A stretch of 64,000 bases of DNA from Vulcanimicrobiota bacterium. Its GTDB lineage: Bacteria > Vulcanimicrobiota > Vulcanimicrobiia > Vulcanimicrobiales > Vulcanimicrobiaceae. Each line of letters starts with the position of its first letter. Position 1 is the first letter of the stretch. The stretch is from assembly GCA_963820825.1 (NCBI GenBank), contig CAWGBN010000006.1, positions 64,001-128,000 of the forward strand, given 5' to 3'. Positions 10,104-19,642 of the stretch are shown one piece after another. The notes under the pieces were generated by a model, which was not told the DNA's origin, did no database searches, and saw nothing but the letters and a program-made list of their open reading frames with translations. The position numbers and the translations under genes were made by a program.

Positions 10104-11253
10104 ATGGGACTAGCCGTGCAGATTCTGCGCATCTCGCTGCGCGCGCTGCGTCATAACGCCGCGCTGCTGCGCGATCTCGTCGGCCCGCAACGCGCCGCCT
10201 TCGTCGTGAAGGGGAATGCGTACGGTCACGGATTGCTCCCGGTAGCGCGCGCGATCGAACCGTTTGCGACGCGTCTCTGCGTCTATACGATCGAAGAAGC
10301 GCTCGCGCTGCGAGCCGGCGGCATCGCGGCCGCACTGCTCGTGCTCGGGCCGATTCCGCCGGAGGCGCTCGACGACGCACTCGCGGCGAACGTTGAGGTC
10401 GTGCTCTGGAACGCCGGCGAGTTCGCGCGCCGGCTCGGCGCGAGCGCGCGCAAGCGCGAGACGAGCGCCGCGGTGCACGTCAAGGTCAACACCGATCTCA
10501 ATCGGCTCGGCTTCGAGCCGCATCAACTCGCCGATGCGCTCGACGCGCTCGCGCGCATGCCGGAGATCGAGATCGCCGGCGTCTTTTCGCATCTCGCCGC
10601 GGCCGAAGAACTCGACTCGCCGTATACGATGTTCCAGCTCGGCGCTTTCGAGCGCGCGCTGGCGCAGGCGAGACTCGTTCTCGAGCGGATCGGGCGAGCG
10701 CCGCTGCGCCACATCGCCGCGTCCGCCGCCGCCATGCTCTGGCCGCAGACGCGCCTCGACTTGGTTCGCTTCGGCATCGCGCTCTACGGTCTGATGCCCT
10801 CGCCGCAGACGCGCGAAGCGTTGGGATCCGCGGCGCCCGACCTGCGGCCCGCACTCTCGTACCGTTCGCAGCTCGTCGTAACGCGTACGATCGCGGCCGG
10901 AGCCTCGGTCGGGTACGGCCGCACCTTTCACGCACCGCGCGAGATGCGCATCGGCGTCGTTCCGGCCGGCTATGCCGACGGCGTGCCTCGCGCACTCTCC
11001 AATCGCGGCAGCGTTCATCGTCGACGGTGCGCTCTGCCCGATCGTCGGGCGCGTTGCGATGAACATGACCGAGATAGACCTCACCGGCGCGCCCCGCGCG
11101 CGCCCCGGTTCGGAGGTCACGCTCATCGGATGCGACGGCGACGCGGCGGTCCGCGCCGACGACTGGGCGGCGTGGACCGAGAGCATCAACTACGAAATCG
11201 TTGCGCGCTTGCCGGGCGAACTGCGGCGCGAATACGAAGAGGCGATCGGTTAG
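10104..11253 (+). CDS. alr: Alanine racemase, apparent frameshift at ~11010
   Basis: VVKGNAYGHG, VFSHLA, VGYG, GYADG; second frame GRVAMNM...INYEIV. Confidence 0.95.
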
Positions 11254-11970
11254 GCGACGGCGGCGATCGCTTCCTCGAGCTCGATCGTGCCGTTATAAAG
11301 CGCGCTTCCGACGATGCACGAGTCCACGGTAACCGGAACCAGTTGCGTGAGCTCGCGCAGGTCGGCAATATTGCGCGCGCCGCCGCTTGCGGTGACCTTC
11401 ACCTCGGCGGCGTTGGCGACGGCGTTGAGCGCCTCGATGTCGTAGCCTTCACCCATTCCGTCGCGCCGGATCTCGGTAAAGATGATCCGGGAGACGCCCC
11501 ACTGGGCGACGCGCCGCACGAGCGCGTCGCGATCGATCGGAGTGCGCTCTTGCCAGCCGTGCGTCGCGACCTGCGTGCCGCGCGCGTCGATGCCGGCGAT
11601 GACTCTGCCGGGAAATCGGTTGATGATATGGCGCGCAAGCCGTTCGTCCTCAACGAGCAGCGTTCCGATGATAATCTCCGAAGCGCCCGCGGCAAAGGCG
11701 TCCTCGGCGTGCTTGAGCGCGCGCAGGCCTCCGCCGGTCTGCACCGGCACGTCGACCGCCTCGCAGATGCGCGCGACCGCGGCGAGATTCTCGCCCGAAC
11801 CAAAGGCTGCGTCGAGATCGATCACGTGCAGCCGTCGCGCGCCCGCATCGACGAAGGCTTTCGCTCGTTCGACCGGATCGTCGCCATACGCCGACCTCGG
11901 TCGTCGGATCGCCTTGCTTCATGCGGACGCATTTGCCGCCGCGCAAGTCGATCGCCGGAACGACGAGCAT
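11250..11970 (-). CDS. hisA: ProFAR isomerase HisA, apparent frameshift at ~11892
   Basis: VPAIDLRGGKCVRMKQGD; LHVIDLDAA, QTGGGLR, TEIRRDGM, ASGG, VGSALY. Confidence 0.95.
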
Positions 11971-11981
11971 TTAGTCGGCCG

Positions 11982-13151
11982 TCATCCGCGCGCGCCGTTC
12001 GTCGAACGCTGCTCGATCGGAACGTACGGTCCGGCCGCCGGACCTTCGTAGGTCGCTTGCGGGCGAATGAGCCGATTGTCGGCGAGCTGCTCGAGAATGT
12101 GACCGGTCCATCCGGCGATCCGGCCGCAGGCGAAGAGACAGGTAAACTCGTCGCCCGGAATTCCGAGATCGGCGAGGACCGGTGCCGTGTAGAAGTCGAC
12201 GTTCGCGTAGATCGTATTGCCGGGTTTCTTCTCTTGGAGAACCTTGCGGCTCGCCTCTTCGACGCCATGCGCCGTTTCGTACCAGCGATCGCCGCCGCCG
12301 ACGTGTTCGGCGAGTTCCTTCGCCATCGCCTCGAGATGACGGGCGCGCGGATCGCGCACCTTGTATTCGCGATGACCCATTCCCATGATGCGTTTCCCGC
12401 GATCGAGCAGGTCGCGCACGTACGGCTCGGCGTTCTCGGGCGACTTCACCTCGGTGAACGTGCGAAACGCCGCGGTCGCCGCGCCGCCGTGCAGATCGCC
12501 CTGCAGCGTTGCCAGCGCGGCGGTGACCGATGCATAGATGTCGGCGCGAGTCGAGGCGGCGACGCGCGCGGCAAAGGTCGATGCGTTATACGAGTGATCG
12601 GCGAGCAGCACGAAGTACGTGTCGAGCGCGTCTTCTTCAATTGCGTGCGGCACTTTGCCGCTTCGCATGTAGAGAAAGTTGCCGGCCTGCGAGAGGTCCG
12701 AACGCGGCGCGACGGGCTCGAGCTCGCGGCGAATCCGATCCCAGGCCGCGACGATCGTCGGCAGCTTCGCGATCAGCTCGATCGCGGTATGCACGTCGGA
12801 ACGGTGCTCGCCCTGCGCGTTGACCGGAGAGAAGAGTCCCAGACCGCTGACGATCGTGCGCAGCACGTCCATCGGCCAGGCCGTCTTCGGAACGTTCTGC
12901 ATCGCGTTGACGAGCGGCTCGGGAAGGGCACGGCACGACGCCAGCTCGCGCTTGAGCACCTCGAGTTGGTGGCGGTTCGGCAGGCTGCCGTAGAGCAGCA
13001 GGTGGACGATCTCTTCAAACGTCGCGTTCGGAGCGAGATCGTCGATGTCGTAACCACGGTAGGTAAGGCGGCCGAGCGTCCCTTCGACGTTACTAAGCGC
13101 GGTGGTCCCGACGACGACCCCTTCGAGACCACGATCGACAACGGTAGGCAA
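11982..13151 (-). CDS. Citrate synthase / 2-methylcitrate synthase family
   Basis: TTG start with GGAGG RBS; GLEGV, YRGY, DHSYNASTF, LHGGA, MGMGHREYK.DPR, ANVDFY. Confidence 0.93.
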   Translation of the reverse strand: MPTVVDRGLEGVVVGTTALSNVEGTLGRLTYRGYDIDDLAPNATFEEIVHLLLYGSLPNRHQLEVLKRELASCRALPEPLVNAMQNVPKTAWPMDVLRTIVSGLGLFSPVNAQGEHRSDVHTAIELIAKLPTIVAAWDRIRRELEPVAPRSDLSQAGNFLYMRSGKVPHAIEEDALDTYFVLLADHSYNASTFAARVAASTRADIYASVTAALATLQGDLHGGAATAAFRTFTEVKSPENAEPYVRDLLDRGKRIMGMGHREYKVRDPRARHLEAMAKELAEHVGGGDRWYETAHGVEEASRKVLQEKKPGNTIYANVDFYTAPVLADLGIPGDEFTCLFACGRIAGWTGHILEQLADNRLIRPQATYEGPAAGPYVPIEQRSTNGARG

Positions 13152-13290
13152 GGATTTCCTCCATAGACGGCAAGGTATAACGGCAAGGCATAACGGTCGG
13201 GGTTTTCCCCGGCGGCAAAGCTTCGACTCCTCGGAGAGTCGGCCTGTGACGAGAGGCATCGGCGTGCCGGCTGGTTGAATTGGCACTCCC

Positions 13291-13725
13291 GTGGACCCAC
13301 TCGACCTGACGAAACGCCCCCCGCGCAGCCCGCGCGCGCTCTTACCCGGGCTCGATCTGCTCATGGCCGCCCGGACGGTCGACAAAATCCGCGCCACGCT
13401 TCCCGGCGGGAATATCGGCGAGTATCAGATCACCGGCTTCAGCTCGAGTCTGCTCAACGCGCTCGGAATCGTCGAGAGCGCCTTACGTGCCGCGGTCGCG
13501 CGTGCCGCATCGGACGCCGAGATCGGAGGCTGGATTCGAGAGCACAGCGACCCCAGCCGTTACCCGGAGATCAACGCTAAACAAGAAGGACGAACGATCG
13601 GCGAGCGCTTGGACGATCCCACGTTCGTCGCACGTTATCCGCTCGCTCGCCGCCTTCCACCCGAAGCCTCCCGGCTCGATCTGCTCATCGCCGACGATGC
13701 GGCGGCCTTCGAAGAGCGCGCCTAG
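13291..13725 (+). CDS. DUF5069-like protein
   Basis: DLTKRPPRSPR...ARTVDKIRA...GEY pattern. Confidence 0.7.
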   Translation: MDPLDLTKRPPRSPRALLPGLDLLMAARTVDKIRATLPGGNIGEYQITGFSSSLLNALGIVESALRAAVARAASDAEIGGWIREHSDPSRYPEINAKQEGRTIGERLDDPTFVARYPLARRLPPEASRLDLLIADDAAAFEERA

Positions 13726-14132
13726 CCGCCGTCCCCGACGACCTCTTCGGCCGAGACGGTCGACCGCCAGCAAATCTGCCAACGCTCGCCCTCGCGACGA
13801 AAGACGTACGTATCGAAGCCGCGCTCGCTGCCGCTGCGTCCACCGAACTCGTAGCGCATGCGCCACGGCATCGTCGCAACCGCAACGTCGCCGTAGGTAT
13901 CGACTTCGGGGTCGTCGATGCTCACCTCGAGAACCGTCGCGCTGCGGATGAAGTCGCCGTAGCTGGCCGCAACCGCCGCGCGCCCGCGCGCGACGCGCGC
14001 GAGACTCGGCGCTACGACGATCGCATCCTCGGTAAAATGCGGCGCGACGAGCTCGGCGATCGCTTCGGGTTCGACCTCTCGCCAAATCCGGTTGACTTCG
14101 GCCAGAACGCCGACGGGATCAAGCGACGGCAT
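13722..14132 (-). CDS. NTF2/SnoaL-like (DUF4440) protein
   Basis: HFTEDAIVV, GRAAV, YGDVAV, GFDTYVFRREGERWQI; overlaps the ddl stop. Confidence 0.8.
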   Translation of the reverse strand: MPSLDPVGVLAEVNRIWREVEPEAIAELVAPHFTEDAIVVAPSLARVARGRAAVAASYGDFIRSATVLEVSIDDPEVDTYGDVAVATMPWRMRYEFGGRSGSERGFDTYVFRREGERWQICWRSTVSAEEVVGDGG

Positions 14133-15072
14133 CGCGCAGGTCGGCACGAGCGCGCGCGTAGCCGACGATCCGGTCGATCAACGATTCGAACGAGATGCCG
14201 ACCGCCGCACAGGCATCGGGAACGAGGCTCACCGGCGTCAAGCCGGGGAGAGAGTTGATCTCCAGGAGATGCGGACGCTGATCGGACGTGACGATAAAGT
14301 CGCTTCGCGAGTAATCGCGCAGCCCCAGCAGACGATGCGCAGAGAGCGCGAGCATCTGCAGGCGTGCGGCGAGATCTTCGTCGATCGGCGCCGGGACGAC
14401 GTGCGTGCTGCCGCCGGGCTCGTACTTGGCATCGTAACTGTAGAAGCCGTCGCGATTGGCGACGATCTCGACGATCGGCAGCGCCTCTTCGCCGAGCACC
14501 GCACAGGTAAACTCCCGGCCCTCCAGATACTCCTCGGCGAGAATCTGCGAGTAATTTTTCGAGGCCTCGAGCATCGCACTCGTCCACTCTTCGTGCGTGC
14601 GAACGATCGCGACGCCGGCCGAGGAGCCCTCGAAGCGCGGCTTGACGACGAGCGGAAGGTCGAGCGAACCCGGCAGCAGCGGCAGGGTCCCGCCGCTCAG
14701 ATCGAAGAGATCCCAAACCGGCGTCGGCAGCCCCTCCGCCGCGAGCAGTTTCTTGGTGAGATGCTTGTCCATCGAGAGTGCCGCCGCTTCCAGCCCGCTG
14801 CCGGTATACGGAATCGAGAGATACTCGAGCAATGCTTGAACGTGGCCGTCCTCGCCGCCAGGTCCGTGCAGCGCGATGAAGACGATGTCGGGCTTGAGCT
14901 GACGAACGGCGTCGAGAAAGCGCTCGTCGTAATCGAGCGATTGCGCGTCATACCCAAGCGAGTTGAGCGCGCGCACGACTTCGGAGCCCGAACGGATCGA
15001 GATCTCTCGCTCCGCGCTACTGCCGCCCATCACGACGGCGACGCGCTCTTTGCTGCGGGTATTACGTTGCAT
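14119..15072 (-). CDS. ddl: D-alanine--D-alanine ligase
   Basis: GGSSAEREIS, ALHGPGGEDG, MDKHLTK, GSSAGV, YDAKY, EINSLPG. Confidence 0.97.
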   Translation of the reverse strand: MQRNTRSKERVAVVMGGSSAEREISIRSGSEVVRALNSLGYDAQSLDYDERFLDAVRQLKPDIVFIALHGPGGEDGHVQALLEYLSIPYTGSGLEAAALSMDKHLTKKLLAAEGLPTPVWDLFDLSGGTLPLLPGSLDLPLVVKPRFEGSSAGVAIVRTHEEWTSAMLEASKNYSQILAEEYLEGREFTCAVLGEEALPIVEIVANRDGFYSYDAKYEPGGSTHVVPAPIDEDLAARLQMLALSAHRLLGLRDYSRSDFIVTSDQRPHLLEINSLPGLTPVSLVPDACAAVGISFESLIDRIVGYARARADLRDAVA

Positions 15073-16018
15073 CGATGAAAACTCCAACCAAGTGCACTTC
15101 GAGCTGTAAATCGACGTTCGAGCGGTCGCGCACCGCCCGGCGTACGCGTGCGAGCAGCGTTGCGACGTCTCGTGCCGTCGCTCCGCCGAGGTTATTGATG
15201 AAGTTGGCGTGCAGCTTCGAAACTTCCGCTCCGCCTTCGCGCCATCCCTTGGCCCCCGCATCTTCGATCAACCGTGCCGCCGCCGCGCCGGGCGGGTTGC
15301 GAAAGCAGGAGCCTGCGTTGGGCAGCGCGATCGGCTGCGTCTTCTTGCGCCGGATGAGGCGCGTCTGCATCTCGCTGCGGACGTCGCGCGCGCTCGAGCC
15401 GGCGAAGTCGAGCACGACCCGCGAGACGACGACGTCGCGGTCGAGCGTCGAGTGGCGATAGAGGTACTGCACCCCGGCGGCGTGCGGCTCCGGCCGCCCC
15501 GGCGACTGCACCCACACCTCGCGAACGAACTCTCCGATCTCCCGATCGGTGCCGGCATTCATTCGCAACGATCCGCCGATCGTTCCGGGAATCCCGGCCA
15601 GCGAACCGATACCCTCGGCGCCGGCCGTCGCCGCCTTTGCCGTCACGAGTGCCATGTCGGCCGATCCGCCGGCCTCGACGACGACGCGCTCGCCCTCGTT
15701 ACGGACGTTCACCGCCGCAAAATCTCCGGCGAGCCGGATGACGACCCCGCGAACGCCGCCGTCGCCGACGAGCACGTTGCTCCCGGCGCCGACGATCCAC
15801 CACGGCATCCGCCGGCGCAGGCAGAAGCGCATCAGCCGCGCCAGCTCCGTCTCGTCCTGCACGGCTGCGAACGCGTCGGCCGGACCGCCGATCTTCCACG
15901 AAGTATACGGCGCGAGCGGTTCGTCGAAGCGAACCCGCGACCCAAAGATCTCCCGCAGCGATTCGCGATCCGCATCGTCGAGCAGCGAGCGCAGCGCTCG
16001 CGCGGTGGTGACGCTCAC
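15062..16018 (-). CDS. murB: UDP-N-acetylenolpyruvoylglucosamine reductase
   Basis: IGGPAD, GAGSNVLV, GIPGTIGG..RMNAG, NAGSCFRNP, HANFINN. Confidence 0.97.
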   Translation of the reverse strand: MSVTTARALRSLLDDADRESLREIFGSRVRFDEPLAPYTSWKIGGPADAFAAVQDETELARLMRFCLRRRMPWWIVGAGSNVLVGDGGVRGVVIRLAGDFAAVNVRNEGERVVVEAGGSADMALVTAKAATAGAEGIGSLAGIPGTIGGSLRMNAGTDREIGEFVREVWVQSPGRPEPHAAGVQYLYRHSTLDRDVVVSRVVLDFAGSSARDVRSEMQTRLIRRKKTQPIALPNAGSCFRNPPGAAAARLIEDAGAKGWREGGAEVSKLHANFINNLGGATARDVATLLARVRRAVRDRSNVDLQLEVHLVGVFIDAT

Positions 16019-17406
16019 GCGCGCAGCGGCGTGACGCGCGCTTCGACCGGCGTGGAGAAGCGTTGCGCCAATCGCACCGCGACGTCGGTAATGTCGCCGG
16101 CACCGAGCATCAGCACCAGCGCGCCGGCGGGAGCCTCCTCATAGAGTCTTCGCTCGAGCTCGGCGACCGATTCGGCATACTCGACTCTCGCGCCGAGGGC
16201 CGCGAGCGACTCGCCGATCGAACGTTCGCTCACGCCCGGGATCGCGGGTTCCGACGCGGCGTAGACCGGCGCGAGATAGATGCTGTCGGCGCCGCGCAGC
16301 GCCGCGGCGAACTCCCGCGCCAAGAAAGCGGTTCGCGTATATCGGTGCGGCTGGAATGCGACGATCAGCTCGCCGGGATGGCAGCGGCGCGCAGCGGCGA
16401 TCGTGGCACTGACCGCGGTTGGATGGTGGGCGTAATCGTCGACGATGGTAACGCGCTCGTTCGCAAGCAGAATCTCGAAGCGGCGGCGCACGCCGCGAAA
16501 CTCGCGCAGGGCCGTCGCGATCGCGGAGAAGGGCACGCCGAGCTCGAGGCCGATCGCGATCGCGGCGAGAGCGTTCTGCGCGTTCATCGCGCCCGGCACG
16601 CGAAGCTCGATCCGTCCCAGCGTTCGATCGCCCGCGAGCAGATCGAACGCGGAGCCGAAACCGGCGAAGGTAAGATTGACGGCGCGCAGCGACGCGGATG
16701 GGTCGAGTCCAAAGGTGACGATTCGCGCGCGCAGATCGTGCGCGGTGAGCGAAGCGGAGAGCGAGTTGTCGGCGCCGATCACCGCGAGACCGCGCTCGGG
16801 GAGCTTCGCGAGAAACTCCGCGAAGGCGCGCGCCAGCGCCGGCAGCTCGTCGTCGCTGGCGAGGTGATCGTTCTCGAGATTCGTGACGACGGCCATCGCC
16901 GGTTCGAGCAGCGCAAAGGATCCATCCGATTCGTCGGCTTCGGTAACGAACCAGGGCGAGGTTCCGTCGTGGGCGTTGCTTCCAAGCGAGACATCGATGC
17001 CGCCGAGCACGAGACTCGCATCGATCCCGCCGTGACGCAAGACCGCGTGCGTCATCGCCGTCGTGGTCGTCTTACCGTGCGTTCCGCAGACGGCGATCCC
17101 GTTTCGCCCGGCGAGCAGACGTGCGAGCATCTCTCCGCGATGTAAGATCGGAGTGCCGAGTCGCGCCGCCGCCGCGCACTCGGGATTGCGGCGGTCGATC
17201 GCCGAGCTGACGACGACGGTGCTCGCGGCGCGCACGTTGCGCGCGTGGTGTCCGATCGTAATCCGGGCACCCTCGGCGCGCAACCGCTGCAGAAGCGGTG
17301 TCTCGCCGAGATCCGAGCCGGAGACGCTCTCACCGCGTGCCAGCAGAATGCGGGCGATCGCGCTCATCCCGATGCCGCCGATGCCGACGAAGTGGTAGCT
17401 CGTCAC
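16015..17406 (-). CDS. murC: UDP-N-acetylmuramate--L-alanine ligase
   Basis: HFVGIGGIGMS, GTHGKTTTT, EADESDGSF, DDYAHHP, FQPHRYTRT. Confidence 0.97.
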   Translation of the reverse strand: MTSYHFVGIGGIGMSAIARILLARGESVSGSDLGETPLLQRLRAEGARITIGHHARNVRAASTVVVSSAIDRRNPECAAAARLGTPILHRGEMLARLLAGRNGIAVCGTHGKTTTTAMTHAVLRHGGIDASLVLGGIDVSLGSNAHDGTSPWFVTEADESDGSFALLEPAMAVVTNLENDHLASDDELPALARAFAEFLAKLPERGLAVIGADNSLSASLTAHDLRARIVTFGLDPSASLRAVNLTFAGFGSAFDLLAGDRTLGRIELRVPGAMNAQNALAAIAIGLELGVPFSAIATALREFRGVRRRFEILLANERVTIVDDYAHHPTAVSATIAAARRCHPGELIVAFQPHRYTRTAFLAREFAAALRGADSIYLAPVYAASEPAIPGVSERSIGESLAALGARVEYAESVAELERRLYEEAPAGALVLMLGAGDITDVAVRLAQRFSTPVEARVTPLRA

Positions 17407-18497
17407 GCGTTCTCTCTTCGCGACGTCAAGAGATCGATCCGGGCAAGAATCGCGGTCAGCGGGTCGGCTCCCCCCAAACGCGCGGCCCCTTCCGCCAGCT
17501 CGCGCAGCCGGAGCGGTTCGACCGTCTGCGCCAACAGGGAGGGCAAGCCTCCGTCTTGCAACTGCGCGTCGGTGAGGACGACGGCCGCACTGCCCGCGGC
17601 AAATCGTGCCGCGTTTGCGTCTTGATGGCCCTCCGCCGCATGCGGATACGGAACGAGGATTGCGGGCTTTCCGAGCGCGGCCAACTCGCCGAGCGTCGAC
17701 GCTCCGGCGCGCGAGAGAACCAGGTCGGCAACCGCGTACGCGTCGGCCATGTCGTCGAGATAGGCGCGCGCGTTCGGCAGCTCCGAGGCGACGCGATCGA
17801 AATCGGTTCGCCCCGTCAACGCCAGGAGTTGCCAACCCGGCGGCAATCCGCGCTCGCGCGTCATTTGGATCAAGGCATCATTGATCGAGCGCGCGCCTTG
17901 ACTTCCGCCCATCGCAACGAGCGTACGCCGCGACGGATCGAGCCCGAGGCGCGCGATCGCATCCTCGCGCGGCGGCAGCGCGCGCAACGTCGATCGGATC
18001 GGGATTCCGGTCGCCCGGTACTTCCCATTCGACCGGCCGCCGGCCGCGTACGGCGGAATCCAGACTTCGTCGACGATCGGGGCGAGTAGTCGGTTCGTCA
18101 AACCCGGCGCCGCGTTGGGCTCGAGCAGGACGAGCGGCGCGCGCGAGAGCCCCATCGCGCGCCGGATGCGCGCGGCCAGCGCGACCGGAAAGCAGACGTA
18201 GCCGCCCGTCGCAATTACGAGATCGGGTCGTTGCGCCGCGAGAAGCCGCAGGCTCTGGAGCGTGCCTTTGATATTCGATGCGATCGTTCGAACGAGGTCA
18301 AAGGAGGGCGAACGCGGCAGCGAGCGGCTCGAAATCGCGTGGAGATCGTAGCCGGCCGTCGGAACGATCGTCGCTTCGAGGCGATCGGCGGTACCGATGA
18401 AGGCAATCTTCGCGCGCCGCTCGCGTAAGGCATCGGCGATCGCGATCGCCGGATAGAGGTGCCCGCCGGTTCCGCCCCCAGCAAAGACGACGGTCAC
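17403..18497 (-). CDS. murG: Lipid II GlcNAc transferase
   Basis: GGGTGGHLYP, GGYV, GGSQGA, SRAGASTL.EL, HQDANA. Confidence 0.97.
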   Translation of the reverse strand: MTVVFAGGGTGGHLYPAIAIADALRERRAKIAFIGTADRLEATIVPTAGYDLHAISSRSLPRSPSFDLVRTIASNIKGTLQSLRLLAAQRPDLVIATGGYVCFPVALAARIRRAMGLSRAPLVLLEPNAAPGLTNRLLAPIVDEVWIPPYAAGGRSNGKYRATGIPIRSTLRALPPREDAIARLGLDPSRRTLVAMGGSQGARSINDALIQMTRERGLPPGWQLLALTGRTDFDRVASELPNARAYLDDMADAYAVADLVLSRAGASTLGELAALGKPAILVPYPHAAEGHQDANAARFAAGSAAVVLTDAQLQDGGLPSLLAQTVEPLRLRELAEGAARLGGADPLTAILARIDLLTSRRENA

Positions 18498-19642
18498 GTA
18501 TAGGGCGTCCGGCGCGCGTGGCGCGCCGGAGAGTTTCGCCCGACGTTGGCGATGAGCGCGACCGCAATGCAGTTGACGACGAGCGAGCTGCCGCCGAACG
18601 AGATGAAGGGCAACGGCACGCCGGTCACCGGCCACGACGACGAAACGACGCCGATATTGATGAAGGCCTGAATGGTGATCATCGCCGCGCAGCCGATCGC
18701 GAGGAAGAAGCCGAAGCGATCGGGTGCCGCAAGCGCGATGCGGATCGAACGGTAGGCAAGCGTAACGAAGAGGACGATGACGGCCAGCGTCCCGATCAAT
18801 CCCAACTCTTCGCCGAGCACCGAGAAGATGAAGTCCGTATACTGCTCGGGCAGATAGAAGAACTTCGCGCGCGAGGCGCCGAGACCGACGCCGAAGAGCC
18901 CGCCGCTCCCCAAGGCGAGGAGCGATTGAACGATGTGGAAACCGGTATTGAGCGGATCCTTCCACGGATCGACGAAGGCAAAGACGCGCGCGCGCCGGTA
19001 GGGACTCGCCAGCACGCTGAGCGCGGCAAACGGAACCATCGCGACCACGATCGCGGCGAGATGGAGTAGACGCGCGCCGCCGGCGAAGAAGAGCGCGAGC
19101 GCGATGAAGAGCAGCAGGCTCGCCGTGCCCATATCGGGTTCTTTGAGCACCAAGACCGCCATGATCGCGACCGGAATGCAGAGCGGAACGAGTCCGCGCG
19201 CGAGCGAGGTGATGCGCTCGCCGCGCGTCGACAAGACGGCAGAGAGATAGATCACCAGTGCGAGCTTCGCGAACTCCGAGGGTTCGATGCTCAATCCCGC
19301 CGCGCCGATCCAGCGGCGTCCGCCGTTGACGCCGAAACCGACGTGCGGAACGAAGACGAGCATGAGGCCGAAAATGGCCGCGACGAGCAGGTACGGCGCG
19401 ATCGAGCGCAATCGGTGATAGTCGATTCGATAACAAACGTAGGCGGCGCCCAGGCCGACGGCCAGCCAAATCAATTGACGCTTGAGATAGTACGCGATGT
19501 CGCCATGCTCGGCATACGCCGTCGCGCTCGACGCCGAGAAGACCATAACCAAACCGATCGCAATCAGCGCCGCGACGGCCGTGAAGAGCACGGTGTCGAG
19601 CGGCGCGCGCGCCGATGCGCGCAACGTCGCCGCGCTATGCAC
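18494..19642 (-). CDS. ftsW: Peptidoglycan polymerase FtsW
   Basis: GGRRWI, EPSEFAK, EPDMGT, LPEQYTDFIF..LGEELG, GVPLPFISFGGSS. Confidence 0.96.
   Translation of the reverse strand: MHSAATLRASARAPLDTVLFTAVAALIAIGLVMVFSASSATAYAEHGDIAYYLKRQLIWLAVGLGAAYVCYRIDYHRLRSIAPYLLVAAIFGLMLVFVPHVGFGVNGGRRWIGAAGLSIEPSEFAKLALVIYLSAVLSTRGERITSLARGLVPLCIPVAIMAVLVLKEPDMGTASLLLFIALALFFAGGARLLHLAAIVVAMVPFAALSVLASPYRRARVFAFVDPWKDPLNTGFHIVQSLLALGSGGLFGVGLGASRAKFFYLPEQYTDFIFSVLGEELGLIGTLAVIVLFVTLAYRSIRIALAAPDRFGFFLAIGCAAMITIQAFINIGVVSSSWPVTGVPLPFISFGGSSLVVNCIAVALIANVGRNSPARHARRTPYT

Noticed and set aside
9711..13166. 1151-aa ORF suggesting a giant alanine racemase fusion
   Set aside because: Created by the alr frameshift reading on through the antisense of hisA and citrate synthase.
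13170..13290. c-di-GMP-I riboswitch (GCAAAGC-like segment)
   Set aside because: No GGCAAAC...GAAA tetraloop/receptor arrangement, so it cannot be supported.
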